Positions 1 to 10,266 of a DNA stretch of 64,000 nt are shown in pieces. The translations under genes were made by a program, and so were the position numbers. The notes under the pieces are model-generated. The model had not been told where the DNA came from. It worked only from the letters and a program-made list of their open reading frames with translations, and made no database searches. Source of the DNA: a bacterium (GTDB lineage Bacteria; Bdellovibrionota; UBA2428); the NCBI GenBank assembly GCA_009991595.1, contig JAACVK010000026.1, forward strand, positions 25,109-89,108, written 5' to 3'. The stretch's first letter is position 1. Each line of letters begins with the position of its first letter.

Positions 1-1
1 C

Positions 2-340
2 ATGTTCGCCTGGGTTTCAAGTCCAGACAACCCGCCGCGAAGCACACTTTTCAGTGGAGAAATCCCAACCAAAGCAAATGGATGGGCTGGGCAAAACTCA
101 GGCTCTTTCGTTAATAAAGAGTTTGATAAGCACATTGAAGCCATTCCAACTGAGTTTGACTTTGAAAAAAGAAAAGAACACATGAAAAGAATTTCTCAAA
201 TTTACACAGAAGAACTACCGGCCATTCCGCTCTATCTAAGAGCTGCTTTTGCGATCGTTCCTGCTAATTTAAAAGGATTCAGAATTACTGGACATCAGTT
301 CTACTCCTCTCAGTCCGTTGCTGACTGGAGCCTAGAATAG
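2..340 (+). CDS. Oligopeptide/dipeptide ABC transporter substrate-binding protein (SBP family 5), C-terminal fragment; 5' end lies outside the window
   Basis: ORF open from the window edge; the C-terminal region resembles OppA/DppA-type binding proteins and sits directly upstream of OppB/OppC-like permeases. Confidence 0.55.
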   Translation: MFAWVSSPDNPPRSTLFSGEIPTKANGWAGQNSGSFVNKEFDKHIEAIPTEFDFEKRKEHMKRISQIYTEELPAIPLYLRAAFAIVPANLKGFRITGHQFYSSQSVADWSLE

Positions 341-366
341 AAAGGTCATCTTTTAGGTAAACTGCC

Positions 367-1338
367 GTGTTGAACTTTATCATTCGAAGAGGGTTTCAAA
401 CTCTAATTGTTCTAATCCTAATGAGCTTCATCACTTATATGTTGATGGGGCTCATGCCAGGAGATCCGCTGGATATCGCCTGTAACGCGAATCCAAAATG
501 CGACCCTAAGAACGTTGTCGAAATGAAAAAGGCTTTAGGCCTTGATCGACCTAGTCATGAACGCTTCTTTATTTGGGCAAAAGACGCACTCCAAGGGGAC
601 CTTGGCTTCTCGAGAACCTACCGAAAACCTGTAACAGAAATCATTGGCGAAAGACTCGTCAACACCTTCATACTAGGCAGTCTTGCTGCGATCATATCCG
701 TATTCATAGCCATACCGCTTGGAATTTACGCAGGGACAAGACCTCGAAGCAAAGCTGATTATGGAATCAACTTTCTTTGCTTTCTGGGAGTTTCATCGCC
801 GTCATTTTGGCTAGCTCTCATGCTGATCTATGTTTTCGCTGTCTGGCTACAGATACTCCCCGCCGGAGGTGTTTCAAGCATCCAGGCTTCAGCCTATGGC
901 TTTGGCCCCATGATTGTTGATCGAATTGTTCACTTGATTTTGCCTGTCACAGCACTCTCAGCACTGACAATCGCTCAATGGCTTCGTCACACTCGGTCTT
1001 CGATGATGGATGTGATGAGCCAAGATTACATGAGAACAGCCCGAGCAAAAGGTTTATCTTGGTCACAAGCCATCAAAACACATGGAGTAAAAAACGCTCT
1101 TCTACCTGTTGTCACAGTGGTAGCACTTGGGTTCTCGATTGTTTTCTCAGGGGCCGTCATAACCGAAACCGTTTTTTCCTACCAAGGAATTGGAAAACTC
1201 ATGTATGACTCAATTTTGGCTAACGATTACAATGTTGCCATGTGCGCCTTTGTTATCAGCTGCACCGCTGTCTTAATGGCCAACTTTGTAGCGGACATCC
1301 TTTATGGAGTCTTAGACCCAAGGATCAAACTAAAATGA
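367..1338 (+). CDS. ABC transporter permease, OppB/DppB family
   Basis: 323 aa; N-terminus 'IIRRGFQTLIVLILMSFITYMLMGLMPGDP' is typical of OppB/DppB and several TM segments follow; lies between the binding-protein fragment and an OppC-like gene. Confidence 0.8.
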   Translation: MLNFIIRRGFQTLIVLILMSFITYMLMGLMPGDPLDIACNANPKCDPKNVVEMKKALGLDRPSHERFFIWAKDALQGDLGFSRTYRKPVTEIIGERLVNTFILGSLAAIISVFIAIPLGIYAGTRPRSKADYGINFLCFLGVSSPSFWLALMLIYVFAVWLQILPAGGVSSIQASAYGFGPMIVDRIVHLILPVTALSALTIAQWLRHTRSSMMDVMSQDYMRTARAKGLSWSQAIKTHGVKNALLPVVTVVALGFSIVFSGAVITETVFSYQGIGKLMYDSILANDYNVAMCAFVISCTAVLMANFVADILYGVLDPRIKLK

Positions 1339-2222
1339 AGTTTTTAAGCCGACTCACTTCACACAAACCAGCTCTTGTTGGTTTTATCGTCATTTGCTTA
1401 CTGCTACTCATTGCATTTTTTGCAGGGCCCATCACAAGGCTCCTTGGCATTGACCCTTACAGCATGGAAATCTTAGCTCGCTTTTCTCCTCCGGATCACG
1501 CTCACATTCTGGGGACAGATGAATCTGGTCGAGACTTTTTAGCCCGAATCATCTACGGAGCTAAAGTTTCACTTGGTGTAGCGGTTTTGAGTGCGGCGGC
1601 TTCTGTTTTTATAGGGGTTTTAATCGGATCCTTGGCTGGATATTACGGAAAATGGGCCGACAGTCTCTTAATGCGACTTACTGACATGCTACTGGCTCTT
1701 CCTCTTTTGCCCGTCATGATTCTTCTCGCCGCTTTAGATTTTTCTAAAATCCCTGGCTTAAGAATCGTTGTTGGAGATCAAGACACCGGAGTTGCCAAAC
1801 TTGTCTTCATTCTCGTTATCTTTTCTTGGATGACGGTAGCAAGACTCGTTCGCGGACAGATTCTTAAATTAAAAGAGCTAGAGTTCGTATCCGCAGCCAG
1901 AAGCCTTGGGATGAGTGATGCTCGAATCATCATTCGCCACATTCTTCCCTCTGTTGTTCCGACCGTGACGGTTGCTGTAACCCTCACCCTAGGACAACAG
2001 ATTCTGTTTGAATCAGCCCTCAGCTTTCTAGGGCTGGGTATTCAACCCCCTTTAGCTTCTTGGGGAAACATGCTTAACAATGCCATTGAAACTCTAAGAG
2101 TTGCGCCGATGTTAGTTTTCATTCCAGGCTTTTTAATCTTAGTTACTGTGGTGAGCTTTAACTTTCTTGGAGACGGACTCGAATACGCCCTAGATCCTAA
2201 AAGTAATCAGACCGACAACTAA
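1335..2222 (+). CDS. ABC transporter permease, OppC/DppC family
   Basis: The ATG at 1335 overlaps the upstream stop (ATGA), so I chose it over the longer ORF call at 1242; N-terminal TM segment then a 'GTDESGRDFLARIIYGAKVSL' OppC-type motif. Confidence 0.8.
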   Translation: MKFLSRLTSHKPALVGFIVICLLLLIAFFAGPITRLLGIDPYSMEILARFSPPDHAHILGTDESGRDFLARIIYGAKVSLGVAVLSAAASVFIGVLIGSLAGYYGKWADSLLMRLTDMLLALPLLPVMILLAALDFSKIPGLRIVVGDQDTGVAKLVFILVIFSWMTVARLVRGQILKLKELEFVSAARSLGMSDARIIIRHILPSVVPTVTVAVTLTLGQQILFESALSFLGLGIQPPLASWGNMLNNAIETLRVAPMLVFIPGFLILVTVVSFNFLGDGLEYALDPKSNQTDN

Positions 2223-3403
2223 TAGACTTTCTGTAGCTTAGCTTTTGGGTAGTAGAAGGTTAGAATCTCTTCTGCGCTTCGACCGTTCTTTGCCATGAAC
2301 TTTGCACCCAACTGACTCATACCAACACCGTGTCCGAAACCCTTGCCTTCGAGCGTCCACGAATTTTCATTTCTTTTTAAATAGAACAAAGTGCTTTTCA
2401 ACCAGCGGTTTCCTATCATTCTACGAAACTCCGCCCCACCTATAACCTTGCGCCCGCGATCTCCCACGAGCAACAACTTCTTCACCCTTAAACCACGAGA
2501 CCTCTCTAGTATTCGCATTTCTTTGAGGCGACCAACGTCAGACCACTTATCACCAATAGAGGCACTCAGGGTGATGCTCCAGCGAGTCGGTGCATACTTT
2601 TCGTCAAAGGGGCTAGGCATTGCGATATACGCCGCTGACTCAACAGGATTTGCTCGATCGAGCCAAACATTCTGCGGCTCTTCGGAATGCCCTCCCGATG
2701 CCGCATGATAATAGGCTTTCAAAATATCGTCTTTAGAGTAAAGCACTTCGCCTCGAGTTAGCTCAACCAAACGTCTTGCCTTCTTATCTTCATAGGAAGC
2801 CCCTTGATAAACCTGATCCTCTTCAGTCCCCAGCAAATCGTAGATCCGTGTTTTCTTTCTTCGATCAGCCACAGTGGCCATAGCGTAACTTCTGGCTGCA
2901 ATGGCTTGGGCTTTAATCGCTTCCTCTGGAAATTTTGAATTAATTTCTTTATTCACCAAACCCACTAGATAGTCTTCAATGTCGACCTGATTGATCAACA
3001 TAAGTTTACGACCATTGCGCACAAGTTGAATCTGCCCACGGTAAGCGTGACTATTCACATTCGCTTTTCCATCCACAGCTGCTAAGGTCAGATTCTGATT
3101 GATAGGATAAAAATTGCCGGACAACTTGTCTTCACAAACCCAGCCCTCTGGAACAATCAAATCGCGAATTCCCACAAAAGCCTTCATAAACTTGTCATAG
3201 AAGCGGCAAACCAACTCGGGATTCTTACCCTTACCCGTTAAACCAGACACCACTAGTTGCTGGGTAGGATCGTAGTCTTTGATTTTAACTTTCAACTTCA
3301 AAGGCAACTGCAAATCGGAACCACGAACCGTCAACGATTGCTTTGCAGAGACTGAAGAAATCACACACAAGAAACATAAATAGATGACAATTCCCCGACT
3401 CAC
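2219..3403 (-). CDS. SpoIID/LytB domain protein (secreted)
   Basis: 394 aa with N-terminal signal peptide; C-terminal 'GKGFGHGVGMSQLGA' is a SpoIID-type motif. Confidence 0.65.
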   Translation of the reverse strand: MSRGIVIYLCFLCVISSVSAKQSLTVRGSDLQLPLKLKVKIKDYDPTQQLVVSGLTGKGKNPELVCRFYDKFMKAFVGIRDLIVPEGWVCEDKLSGNFYPINQNLTLAAVDGKANVNSHAYRGQIQLVRNGRKLMLINQVDIEDYLVGLVNKEINSKFPEEAIKAQAIAARSYAMATVADRRKKTRIYDLLGTEEDQVYQGASYEDKKARRLVELTRGEVLYSKDDILKAYYHAASGGHSEEPQNVWLDRANPVESAAYIAMPSPFDEKYAPTRWSITLSASIGDKWSDVGRLKEMRILERSRGLRVKKLLLVGDRGRKVIGGAEFRRMIGNRWLKSTLFYLKRNENSWTLEGKGFGHGVGMSQLGAKFMAKNGRSAEEILTFYYPKAKLQKVY

Positions 3404-3540
3404 ATCTACTAGTTTGCCTAGATCTTGTGCTTAATTCGCTGACAAGAATTTGACCAAGAGGATCGCCAAAACCTCGTCACAAAATTTACTAATGCTTAAG
3501 GTGCTTTATGAGAGTCAAAACCCTTTGACTCTCATAGACA

Positions 3541-4482
3541 TTATTCAGGAAAAACTTGATTCGGATTTTTCTTAAGAGACTTATACAGCTTCGCGTTCGC
3601 CTTCTTTGAATGCTCAAGTTCTTCAAGCTGCCCACTTTGATCACACCACAAGGAACGAACAAAACCTTTGTAAACCCGCGCTCTACCAACTTGACGACTC
3701 TCAACAGGTTGCGGTGAACTTGCCTTGCTCATAGACAAATAAGAATAAGGCAAAACTCGCAAATCAATCTTTAATCTTTTACTAAACTCTGCCCAAAAAG
3801 GTGTCTGGAAAACTTCAGAGGGCACAGCTGCAAAGTTATGGCACCAATCCTTGTCTGAATTGAGCATAGGGCACTTGTCTTGATGAGGGCAGGGAGCTGA
3901 AATTGAAAAGCCATCTCTTCTTAGAGTCTCTCTAAGCTGCACGAGTTTCGCGGAGTGGACAGGTGTCCCAGCTTCGATCAAAACAAAACCCGCTGAGCCA
4001 CGGAGCAGTTGAGTGAATGTTCTTAGACTTTCTTCTGACAACTCTCCCACAACATGAGAGGCAACAATAAAACTATTGGGGCGCACTGAAGAAACTTTCT
4101 CAATTGAATCAACGCTCAACTGAGGATGCAATCTTCGCAATTTAGCCTTAGAAAACTCCATAGCCAGCGAGCTATGATCGTATAAGGTGATCGATTTAAT
4201 TCTATCCGAAAAAGACTTAGCAAAAGTCTCAGCCATGGCTCCACTGCCGCAAGCGAAATCAACCAACTCAAATTCATCAGGCAAAGCCTGTAGCCTTATA
4301 AGTTCATCAACAACGGCTTCGATTTTCCAAGATATGCGCCTGGCAAAACTTCGATCATAGAGCTCCAAATCTTGAAGACTTCCCCAATAAGAGTGACTTT
4401 CAGGTTGAGCCGCTAAAAACCGTTCGCGTAACAATTCCAGTTTTAACCACTCATCTTTTGAGAAGTTCTCGGCAGATTCCAT
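3541..4482 (-). CDS. Class I SAM-dependent methyltransferase, Rsm22-like, with C-terminal Cys cluster
   Basis: 'LVDFACGSGAMAE' SAM-binding motif I; C-terminal 'CPHQDKCPM...WCHNF' cysteine cluster. Confidence 0.45.
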   Translation of the reverse strand: MESAENFSKDEWLKLELLRERFLAAQPESHSYWGSLQDLELYDRSFARRISWKIEAVVDELIRLQALPDEFELVDFACGSGAMAETFAKSFSDRIKSITLYDHSSLAMEFSKAKLRRLHPQLSVDSIEKVSSVRPNSFIVASHVVGELSEESLRTFTQLLRGSAGFVLIEAGTPVHSAKLVQLRETLRRDGFSISAPCPHQDKCPMLNSDKDWCHNFAAVPSEVFQTPFWAEFSKRLKIDLRVLPYSYLSMSKASSPQPVESRQVGRARVYKGFVRSLWCDQSGQLEELEHSKKANAKLYKSLKKNPNQVFPE

Positions 4483-4662
4483 CGGCCCTACCTAACATTT
4501 CCTTCGTGTCTTCCGCAAGACCCTAAAAAGCACCCGCCATTTCATGCACTTAGCAACAATCCAAGCCATTCTTAATTCCACTTACAGAACTCGCTTCTTT
4601 CTTGTCTCGAGACTTAGATTTTGCTTTTCTTGGGCCTCCACAAAAGGAGTGGAACTACCCCG

Positions 4663-5955
4663 ATGAAAAAGCTGCTGTTGACATCTTTCTGCTTGCTGGT
4701 CTTTGGGCGCACTCCTACATCAAACGCAGCCGACAAGGTTAGGCAAGGGTTGAGCCCACTGTGCGAAGACTACTTGGATCGAAACTCTGGAAACCTTGAG
4801 AACATCACACTCGAAGATCTCATTGAAAACGAGAACGACGCAAACATGTTCACCAATGCTAATGGTGAAGGGCTTTCAAACGCTGCTTTAATTCAAGTTT
4901 TAGCCACTCAATGGATCACCGGAAAAACAGGTCGAATGGATTTAGTGCTCAAAGGAGCCGTTCAACTAGTCGAAATGCACCATCAAGGACTAGCCGAACA
5001 ATCTGAAGTTAGCGAATATCTCTCCAACAATATACTCACAATTTTTAATGCGAGCATGGAGTATGAAACCGGCGAATTGACTTTCTATAGCGTCTTAGAA
5101 TGGCTCGAAGCCAATGCTTCCATCGAAGACATTGGTCGACTTTATAAAAGCTATAAACAAGCTACTCCCAAAGAACATCTCACTGGTTTTAATGGACCTA
5201 AATACGGATTCCTTTCTTCGGTTGAAAGCCTCATTTTCAGACTTTCCCACCGCTTTAAAGTTTCTTCTCTGAAAGAGCCTCTTACAAAAGAAAAACATTC
5301 CTCACTAAGAGCCTTCAACCTATTGAATGAAAAATATGGCAAATTTAGCGAAGACCCTACTGTAGAAAAAAATCAGATTGACTATCAAAGCGCCTACTCT
5401 TTCGACGGCCAACTCTCCGGCTACTGGAATCAAGCCCTTGAAAACAACAAGATGCTCGTAAAAGCAGAAATCTTAAACATTGATCCTCTTAAATGGGAGC
5501 ATGATCAGATTTTTGTAGAGATCATCACCAACATTCGCTCTTTGTCTCTCTATCCAAAGAGTCCAGTAAAGCTAGATTCAGATAAAGACACTCCTGCCCT
5601 CATGTATCTAGACCTTCTTGCAAAAATGAGCAGTCACAAACCAATAGGCCTGGACGAAGAGGCCCGAGACCTATTGATTGGGTTTTTTGACAACGATCTA
5701 ATTCACCCCGAGCCTAAGCAGTTTTTTTCTGAATACGAATCAGAGTATCTATACATCACCACTTTAGTCAGCGCCTGGGACATTGTGCTTTCTGAGATTT
5801 TTGCGAGGCAGGGCAAAGACTGGATTCCGAGCTCAGACGACTTTCTCCCCATCTCCGTTGGGGCAGACCCTTTAGTTTTTGAGTTACTGCTAAAAACGAG
5901 CTCAAATGCTCAAGTAAGACAGTTTTCAAAAAAAGTGCTCTCCCAAGGGCACTAA
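4663..5955 (+). CDS. Hypothetical secreted protein
   Basis: ATG at 4663 preceded by AAGGAG; signal peptide 'MKKLLLTSFCLLVFGRTPTSNA'; no recognisable domain. Confidence 0.5.
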   Translation: MKKLLLTSFCLLVFGRTPTSNAADKVRQGLSPLCEDYLDRNSGNLENITLEDLIENENDANMFTNANGEGLSNAALIQVLATQWITGKTGRMDLVLKGAVQLVEMHHQGLAEQSEVSEYLSNNILTIFNASMEYETGELTFYSVLEWLEANASIEDIGRLYKSYKQATPKEHLTGFNGPKYGFLSSVESLIFRLSHRFKVSSLKEPLTKEKHSSLRAFNLLNEKYGKFSEDPTVEKNQIDYQSAYSFDGQLSGYWNQALENNKMLVKAEILNIDPLKWEHDQIFVEIITNIRSLSLYPKSPVKLDSDKDTPALMYLDLLAKMSSHKPIGLDEEARDLLIGFFDNDLIHPEPKQFFSEYESEYLYITTLVSAWDIVLSEIFARQGKDWIPSSDDFLPISVGADPLVFELLLKTSSNAQVRQFSKKVLSQGH

Positions 5956-6026
5956 ACCCGTGCCCTTCACCAAAGTTTAACCACATCTTCACACTCTCTT
6001 AATGTTAAGTGCCCTAAGCTGGTTAC

Positions 6027-6863
6027 ATGATAAAGCCTTTCAAGGGATTCAAACACACTCAACGTCTCTTCGCTGCAGCACTCGTCTTCCATTTTTGTGT
6101 CAACGCCAGCTTAGGCTGGTCGCAAGAGATTGAGGTCCAGACAGAAAAGGCAAAAGTCGCCCATCGTTCAAATTCGACTGAAAACCTAGAAGGGTCTCTT
6201 GATTCAAAGATCTCTTCTGCGAGAAATTTACGCCAGCTACTTAAAAGTAAAAATGTGCACCTTGAGAGCGCACGTTTGGTTGCCGATGCTCTAGCCCCCG
6301 AAGTGGCTGCTCCTGCAATGCTTGCTCACTACATGGATCAAAAGGAAGCCGGCCAAGTGACCATCAACTATGTAAAAGACATTGCAGGCCTCTTAAAGTC
6401 AGAAAGACTTCCTGAAGGCATCAACCTGTCTGATGCTCAAGCTCAGCAATACGCAAGTCTATCCAATTTGATAGCCTTACTTGAAGCTCAAAAGCAGATA
6501 GGAAAACTTAAAGCAGCCGATGAAAGCAAGTTAGCCAAGCTAAAAGACTTTCAGTTGGCTTTCATCTTCGATTTATCCAATCACTCCGCCACAGGAGACT
6601 ACACTCAAACCATGGAAGAAATCCTGCAATTCAAACAAATGCGATCGGCTGTTTTGAGAGACCTTCCAGCCCTAAATTTGGAAAGCAAATCTCCCTACCC
6701 TGTTCTTTTACAAGAACAAGCTTTGCAGCTAGAAATATCTCTTAAAGAAAGTAGCCCGAGTCGCAATTCTGAGGAAAGATATAGTTCTCAACTCGAGTTT
6801 CACGACACTACCGGAGCCTTAGGACCAGTGGCTCGCGATAAATCCTCTTCGCTGAAGGAATAA
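6027..6863 (+). CDS. Hypothetical secreted protein, predicted helical/coiled-coil
   Basis: 278 aa, N-terminal hydrophobic signal, Ala/Leu/Gln/Lys-rich. Confidence 0.45.
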   Translation: MIKPFKGFKHTQRLFAAALVFHFCVNASLGWSQEIEVQTEKAKVAHRSNSTENLEGSLDSKISSARNLRQLLKSKNVHLESARLVADALAPEVAAPAMLAHYMDQKEAGQVTINYVKDIAGLLKSERLPEGINLSDAQAQQYASLSNLIALLEAQKQIGKLKAADESKLAKLKDFQLAFIFDLSNHSATGDYTQTMEEILQFKQMRSAVLRDLPALNLESKSPYPVLLQEQALQLEISLKESSPSRNSEERYSSQLEFHDTTGALGPVARDKSSSLKE

Positions 6864-6934
6864 ATAAGCAAGCTCTTGAAATTGATTAATCTCTCTTACG
6901 CTCTATACTGAAATTAGAATGTGAGAGGTTTTCT

Positions 6935-8275
6935 GTGAATTTTGACTACGACATTGCTATCATCGGAAGCGGGCCTGCCGGCCAAAGAGCCGCCGTGCAA
7001 TCGGCAAAACTGGGGAAAAAAGTAATTGTTATAGAAAAAGAACTCATTGGTGGAAGCTGCCTCCATCATGGAACCATCCCCAGCAAAACCCTGAGAGAAG
7101 CGGTCCTTTTAGAAAACAAAAAAAAATCAAACTTCCTAGCCCAAGTGATGAAGCGAAAACGCGCAGTCGTCGATGGAGAGGTTTCCGTCATTCAAGACCA
7201 ACTCAAGCGAAACAAGGTGAAATTCTCGGAGGGAGCAGCTAGCTTCACTAGCCCAACTGAGCTCAGCATTCTTCAGGCCAATGGCCGCAAAAAGAAAATA
7301 TCGGCCAAACACATCGTCATTGCTACCGGAACTAGGCCTCGTCGCCCAGACAACATCCCATTCAGTAAGAATGTCATTATGGAAAGCGATAGTGTTTTAG
7401 ATCTGAAAAAGTCTCCGCGTTCAATTTGCATTCTAGGAGCCGGAGTTATCGGCTGTGAATACGCCAGCATATTTTTAGAGATGGGAGTCAAAGTCACTTT
7501 GGTTGATCGCAGGCTAGACCTGCTTCGTGGAATTGACCGAGAGATTGTTGAAGCACTCTCTAAGGATTTTCAATCTAAAGGATTAAAACTTCTGCTTGGA
7601 GTCGACTACAAAGACATTAAAAAAGAAAAAGCTGGCGCATCCATTCTATTAGACGATAAACGCACTAAATTTGAAACCATTCTTTTTTGTATGGGTCGAG
7701 TTGGAAACACCGAAGAGCTTAAATTAGAAAACGCCCGAGTCGAATGCAACGAACGGGGCCTCATTAATGTGAACGCTCAGTTTCAAAGTAGCTGCCCCAA
7801 CATTTATGCAGTGGGAGACATCATCGGAACTCCCTCACTCGCTGCTTCAGCCTATGAACAAGGCCGACTGGCCGCTTGTCACGCTTTTGAAGGAGGCAGC
7901 ATCGAATTTCCTAAGCTCTTCCCTTATGGAATTTACACTATCCCGGAAATATCCTCGGTCGGAGCTGAAGAAAGTCAGTTATTAGAAAGCAAAATCCCCT
8001 TTGTTATTGGAAGAGCTAAATACAAGGAACTAGCTAGAGGTAAAATTCTGGGCGATGAGTTTGGTTTTGTGAAGTTATTGTTTCACAAAGAAACGCAAGA
8101 AATTCTTGGTGCTCACATTATAGGAACTCATGCCACAGAACTTATTCACATCGGTCAAATGGCCATCCAATTCAAAGCAAAGGTCGAGCAATTCACCGCA
8201 ATGGTTTTTAACTACCCCACACTCGCAGAAGCTTATAAAGTGGCCTGCTTAAACGCCTACAACCAAATGCGCTAA
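6935..8275 (+). CDS. sthA: Soluble pyridine nucleotide transhydrogenase (Si-specific NAD(P)+ transhydrogenase)
   Basis: 446 aa; 'DYDIAIIGSGPAG', 'GGSCLHHGTIPSK', 'GAGVIGCEYASIF', 'YAVGDIIGTPSLAASAYEQGRLAA', 'GIYTIPEISSVG', 'FNYPTLAEAYKVA' align closely with E. coli SthA. Confidence 0.75.
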   Translation: MNFDYDIAIIGSGPAGQRAAVQSAKLGKKVIVIEKELIGGSCLHHGTIPSKTLREAVLLENKKKSNFLAQVMKRKRAVVDGEVSVIQDQLKRNKVKFSEGAASFTSPTELSILQANGRKKKISAKHIVIATGTRPRRPDNIPFSKNVIMESDSVLDLKKSPRSICILGAGVIGCEYASIFLEMGVKVTLVDRRLDLLRGIDREIVEALSKDFQSKGLKLLLGVDYKDIKKEKAGASILLDDKRTKFETILFCMGRVGNTEELKLENARVECNERGLINVNAQFQSSCPNIYAVGDIIGTPSLAASAYEQGRLAACHAFEGGSIEFPKLFPYGIYTIPEISSVGAEESQLLESKIPFVIGRAKYKELARGKILGDEFGFVKLLFHKETQEILGAHIIGTHATELIHIGQMAIQFKAKVEQFTAMVFNYPTLAEAYKVACLNAYNQMR

Positions 8276-8289
8276 TAGGTGCCCTGCCC

Positions 8290-8886
8290 TTATTGTGGCT
8301 GAGCTAAACGTTTCATGACCTTTTGGAGATCTTCCCATGCATGCTTCTTTTCACTTGGGCTCTTCAATAAATATTCCGGATGAAAAGTCGGCATCACAGC
8401 AACAGCTTCGCCATTCGCGTTCTTTAACTCAGGATGCGGAACAAATTTTCCTCGAAGCTGACTAATAGAGGTTTTACTTTTTAAAACTGACTGAGAAGCA
8501 ACGGTTCCTAGACAAACAATTACATCTGGAGAGATTATTTGAATTTGTTCACTTAAGTAGTTAGAGCATATGCTCAACTCTTCTTCTTGAGGGGTCCTGT
8601 CGTTTTCGGGTCTACATTTGACCACGTTGGTTATGTAAACTTGTTCACGCTTTAGACCCATGGCAACAATCATCTTATCCAACAGATCACCTGCCTCAGA
8701 AACAAAGGGGCGAGCATTTCGATCTTCAGACTCATCCGGCGCTTCTCCAATAAAAAGCAAACGAGCTTTCGGACTTCCTTCACCAAAGACAACATTGCTA
8801 CGCGATTCACACAGAGAGCAATTTCTGCACTCCAAAGCTAAATGTTCAAGCTGAGCCAAAGTGTTTGGATGAGAAGAAGTGTTCAT
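8290..8886 (-). CDS. udg: Uracil-DNA glycosylase, family 4
   Basis: 'GEGSPKARLLFIGEAPDESEDRNARPFVSEAGDLLDKMIVAMGL...VYITNVVKCRP' is the family-4 UDG signature; start taken at the internal Met with a GGAGAAG Shine-Dalgarno (the ORF extends to 9042 but that N-terminus lacks a ribosome-binding site). Confidence 0.7.
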   Translation of the reverse strand: MNTSSHPNTLAQLEHLALECRNCSLCESRSNVVFGEGSPKARLLFIGEAPDESEDRNARPFVSEAGDLLDKMIVAMGLKREQVYITNVVKCRPENDRTPQEEELSICSNYLSEQIQIISPDVIVCLGTVASQSVLKSKTSISQLRGKFVPHPELKNANGEAVAVMPTFHPEYLLKSPSEKKHAWEDLQKVMKRLAQPQ

Positions 8887-9175
8887 TTCTTCTTCTCCAC
8901 TTGAAGGAGTTAACTGTGGAAGCTTTATAGATGATTTCACCGATGATTGCTGAAAGCAGCTGTTCGAATCAAAGCCCAACACATCTAAGTATTCTTGAAA
9001 ATCTCTACCTTCCACCCCTACTTTGCTAACACACACAAACACCCTTCAACAGCCCTCAACTCCGCTCAAAAGCAAAATTACGGCCTTTGAAGCCTCAAAA
9101 GCGTCGTGTCTTTTGACACCTAAAGTATCGCAATCATTGGCCCGAACAGTTCTATGTAAGCACAGGAGGTGCGAT

Positions 9176-9409
9176 ATGAAAGTCTCTCAACTACAAGAAG
9201 AAATCTCTACAGAAGAAATCAAAAACCACCTAGTCCAGTTCAAGAAAACGATCCAAAAACAGAGAATGCTCGATCTTTTCACACTCTGTGGAATCTGCAA
9301 TTCAGAACTAGAATTCCATTATGGCAAAGCCGGAGAGAATATTTTAGAGCACGCTAGCTGCTCGAAATGTAAGAAAGAGTCTCCGAAACGCGCCTACCGC
9401 AGCCACTAG
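9176..9409 (+). CDS. Small Cys4 zinc-ribbon protein (hypothetical)
   Basis: 77 aa from an ATG preceded by AGGAGG; CxxC...CxxC pattern ('CGICNSE...CSKCKKE'). Confidence 0.4.
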   Translation: MKVSQLQEEISTEEIKNHLVQFKKTIQKQRMLDLFTLCGICNSELEFHYGKAGENILEHASCSKCKKESPKRAYRSH

Positions 9410-9622
9410 GACCCCATTACTAATTGAATTTAAATAGTTTTTTTTATCCACAAGAAGTATAGAGCCCCCGCACTGGAGGCTCTTTCACTGTTTTATCTAA
9501 GTAAAACGCCCCCACCCACCCCTCAACAAACATCTTTCAGCAGCCTCGAAGATGGTCTTGACAACTGAGCACAAAACTAGGAAAAGCTTAGGACTTTAAG
9601 ACTCGGAGGCAATTGTAAAGAG

Positions 9623-9988
9623 ATGGCGACAAAAGCATCAGAAAAAGCAGACTGGAAGAACACTCAAACCTTCCCCTACGCCGTAATTCGTTCAGGTGGA
9701 AAGCAATACACAGTTGCCCCTGGAGATCACATCAACGTTGAAAAACTTGAAGTTGAGCCCGGCGCAACCTTTGTAAACGAGGATGTTCTCATGCTCGTAA
9801 CTGAACCCGGTAAAACTCAAATTGGAAAACCTACTGTCAGTGGCGCAAAAGTTACTTTTGAGGTTCTTCAACAAGGTCTTGGTGAGAAGGTTAAAATCCG
9901 TCACCACAGAAGACGTCACAATTCACAAGTTACCCGTGGGCATAGACAGCCCTTTACTCGCATCGAAGTTAAGAAGATTGAGGGATAA
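9623..9988 (+). CDS. rplU: 50S ribosomal protein L21
   Basis: 'YAVIRSGGKQYTVAPGDHINVEKL' L21 signature with a short N-terminal extension. Confidence 0.85.
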   Translation: MATKASEKADWKNTQTFPYAVIRSGGKQYTVAPGDHINVEKLEVEPGATFVNEDVLMLVTEPGKTQIGKPTVSGAKVTFEVLQQGLGEKVKIRHHRRRHNSQVTRGHRQPFTRIEVKKIEG

Positions 9989-9994
9989 TTAGAT

Positions 9995-10258
9995 ATGGCA
10001 TCGAAAAAAGCTGGCGGTAGCACCAAAAACGGACGAGACTCAAACCCAAAATATCTAGGAGTTAAAGCTTCTGGTGGACAGCTTGTTACAGCTGGTTCGA
10101 TCATTGTTCGCCAACGCGGAACTCGTTTCCACGCTGGAAAAAATGTTGGACTAGGCCGTGACCACACTCTCTTCGCTCTTAGCGAGGGTATTGTGACTTT
10201 TCAGACCCACAAGAACGGTCCAACTAAAGTGGCCATTCTTCCTGCCCCACAAGCTTAA
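9995..10258 (+). CDS. rpmA: 50S ribosomal protein L27
   Basis: '[24 protein letters not shown]...[10 protein letters not shown]' canonical L27. Confidence 0.9.
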   Translation: MASKKAGGSTKNGRDSNPKYLGVKASGGQLVTAGSIIVRQRGTRFHAGKNVGLGRDHTLFALSEGIVTFQTHKNGPTKVAILPAPQA

Positions 10259-10266
10259 AGTTCATT

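Noticed and set aside
573-1208. Internal alternate-frame ORFs 573-758 and 978-1208
   Set aside because: Both are fully embedded in the well-supported OppB-like permease gene.
1242-1334. Longer 5' start for the OppC-like permease
   Set aside because: It overlaps 97 nt of oppB coding sequence. The ATG at 1335 gives the typical ATGA stop-start coupling.
8887-9042. 52-aa N-terminal extension of the UDG ORF
   Set aside because: It has no ribosome-binding site and is not family-4 UDG-like. The internal Met at 8886 has a GGAGAAG Shine-Dalgarno and gives a canonical ~199-aa UDG.
9410-9622. Possible small RNA or tRNA in the 213-bp gap upstream of rplU
   Set aside because: It contains only a weak hairpin ('agagcc...ggctct') and a TTGACA box, so it is more likely the terminator and promoter region for the rplU-rpmA-obg-nadD operon.
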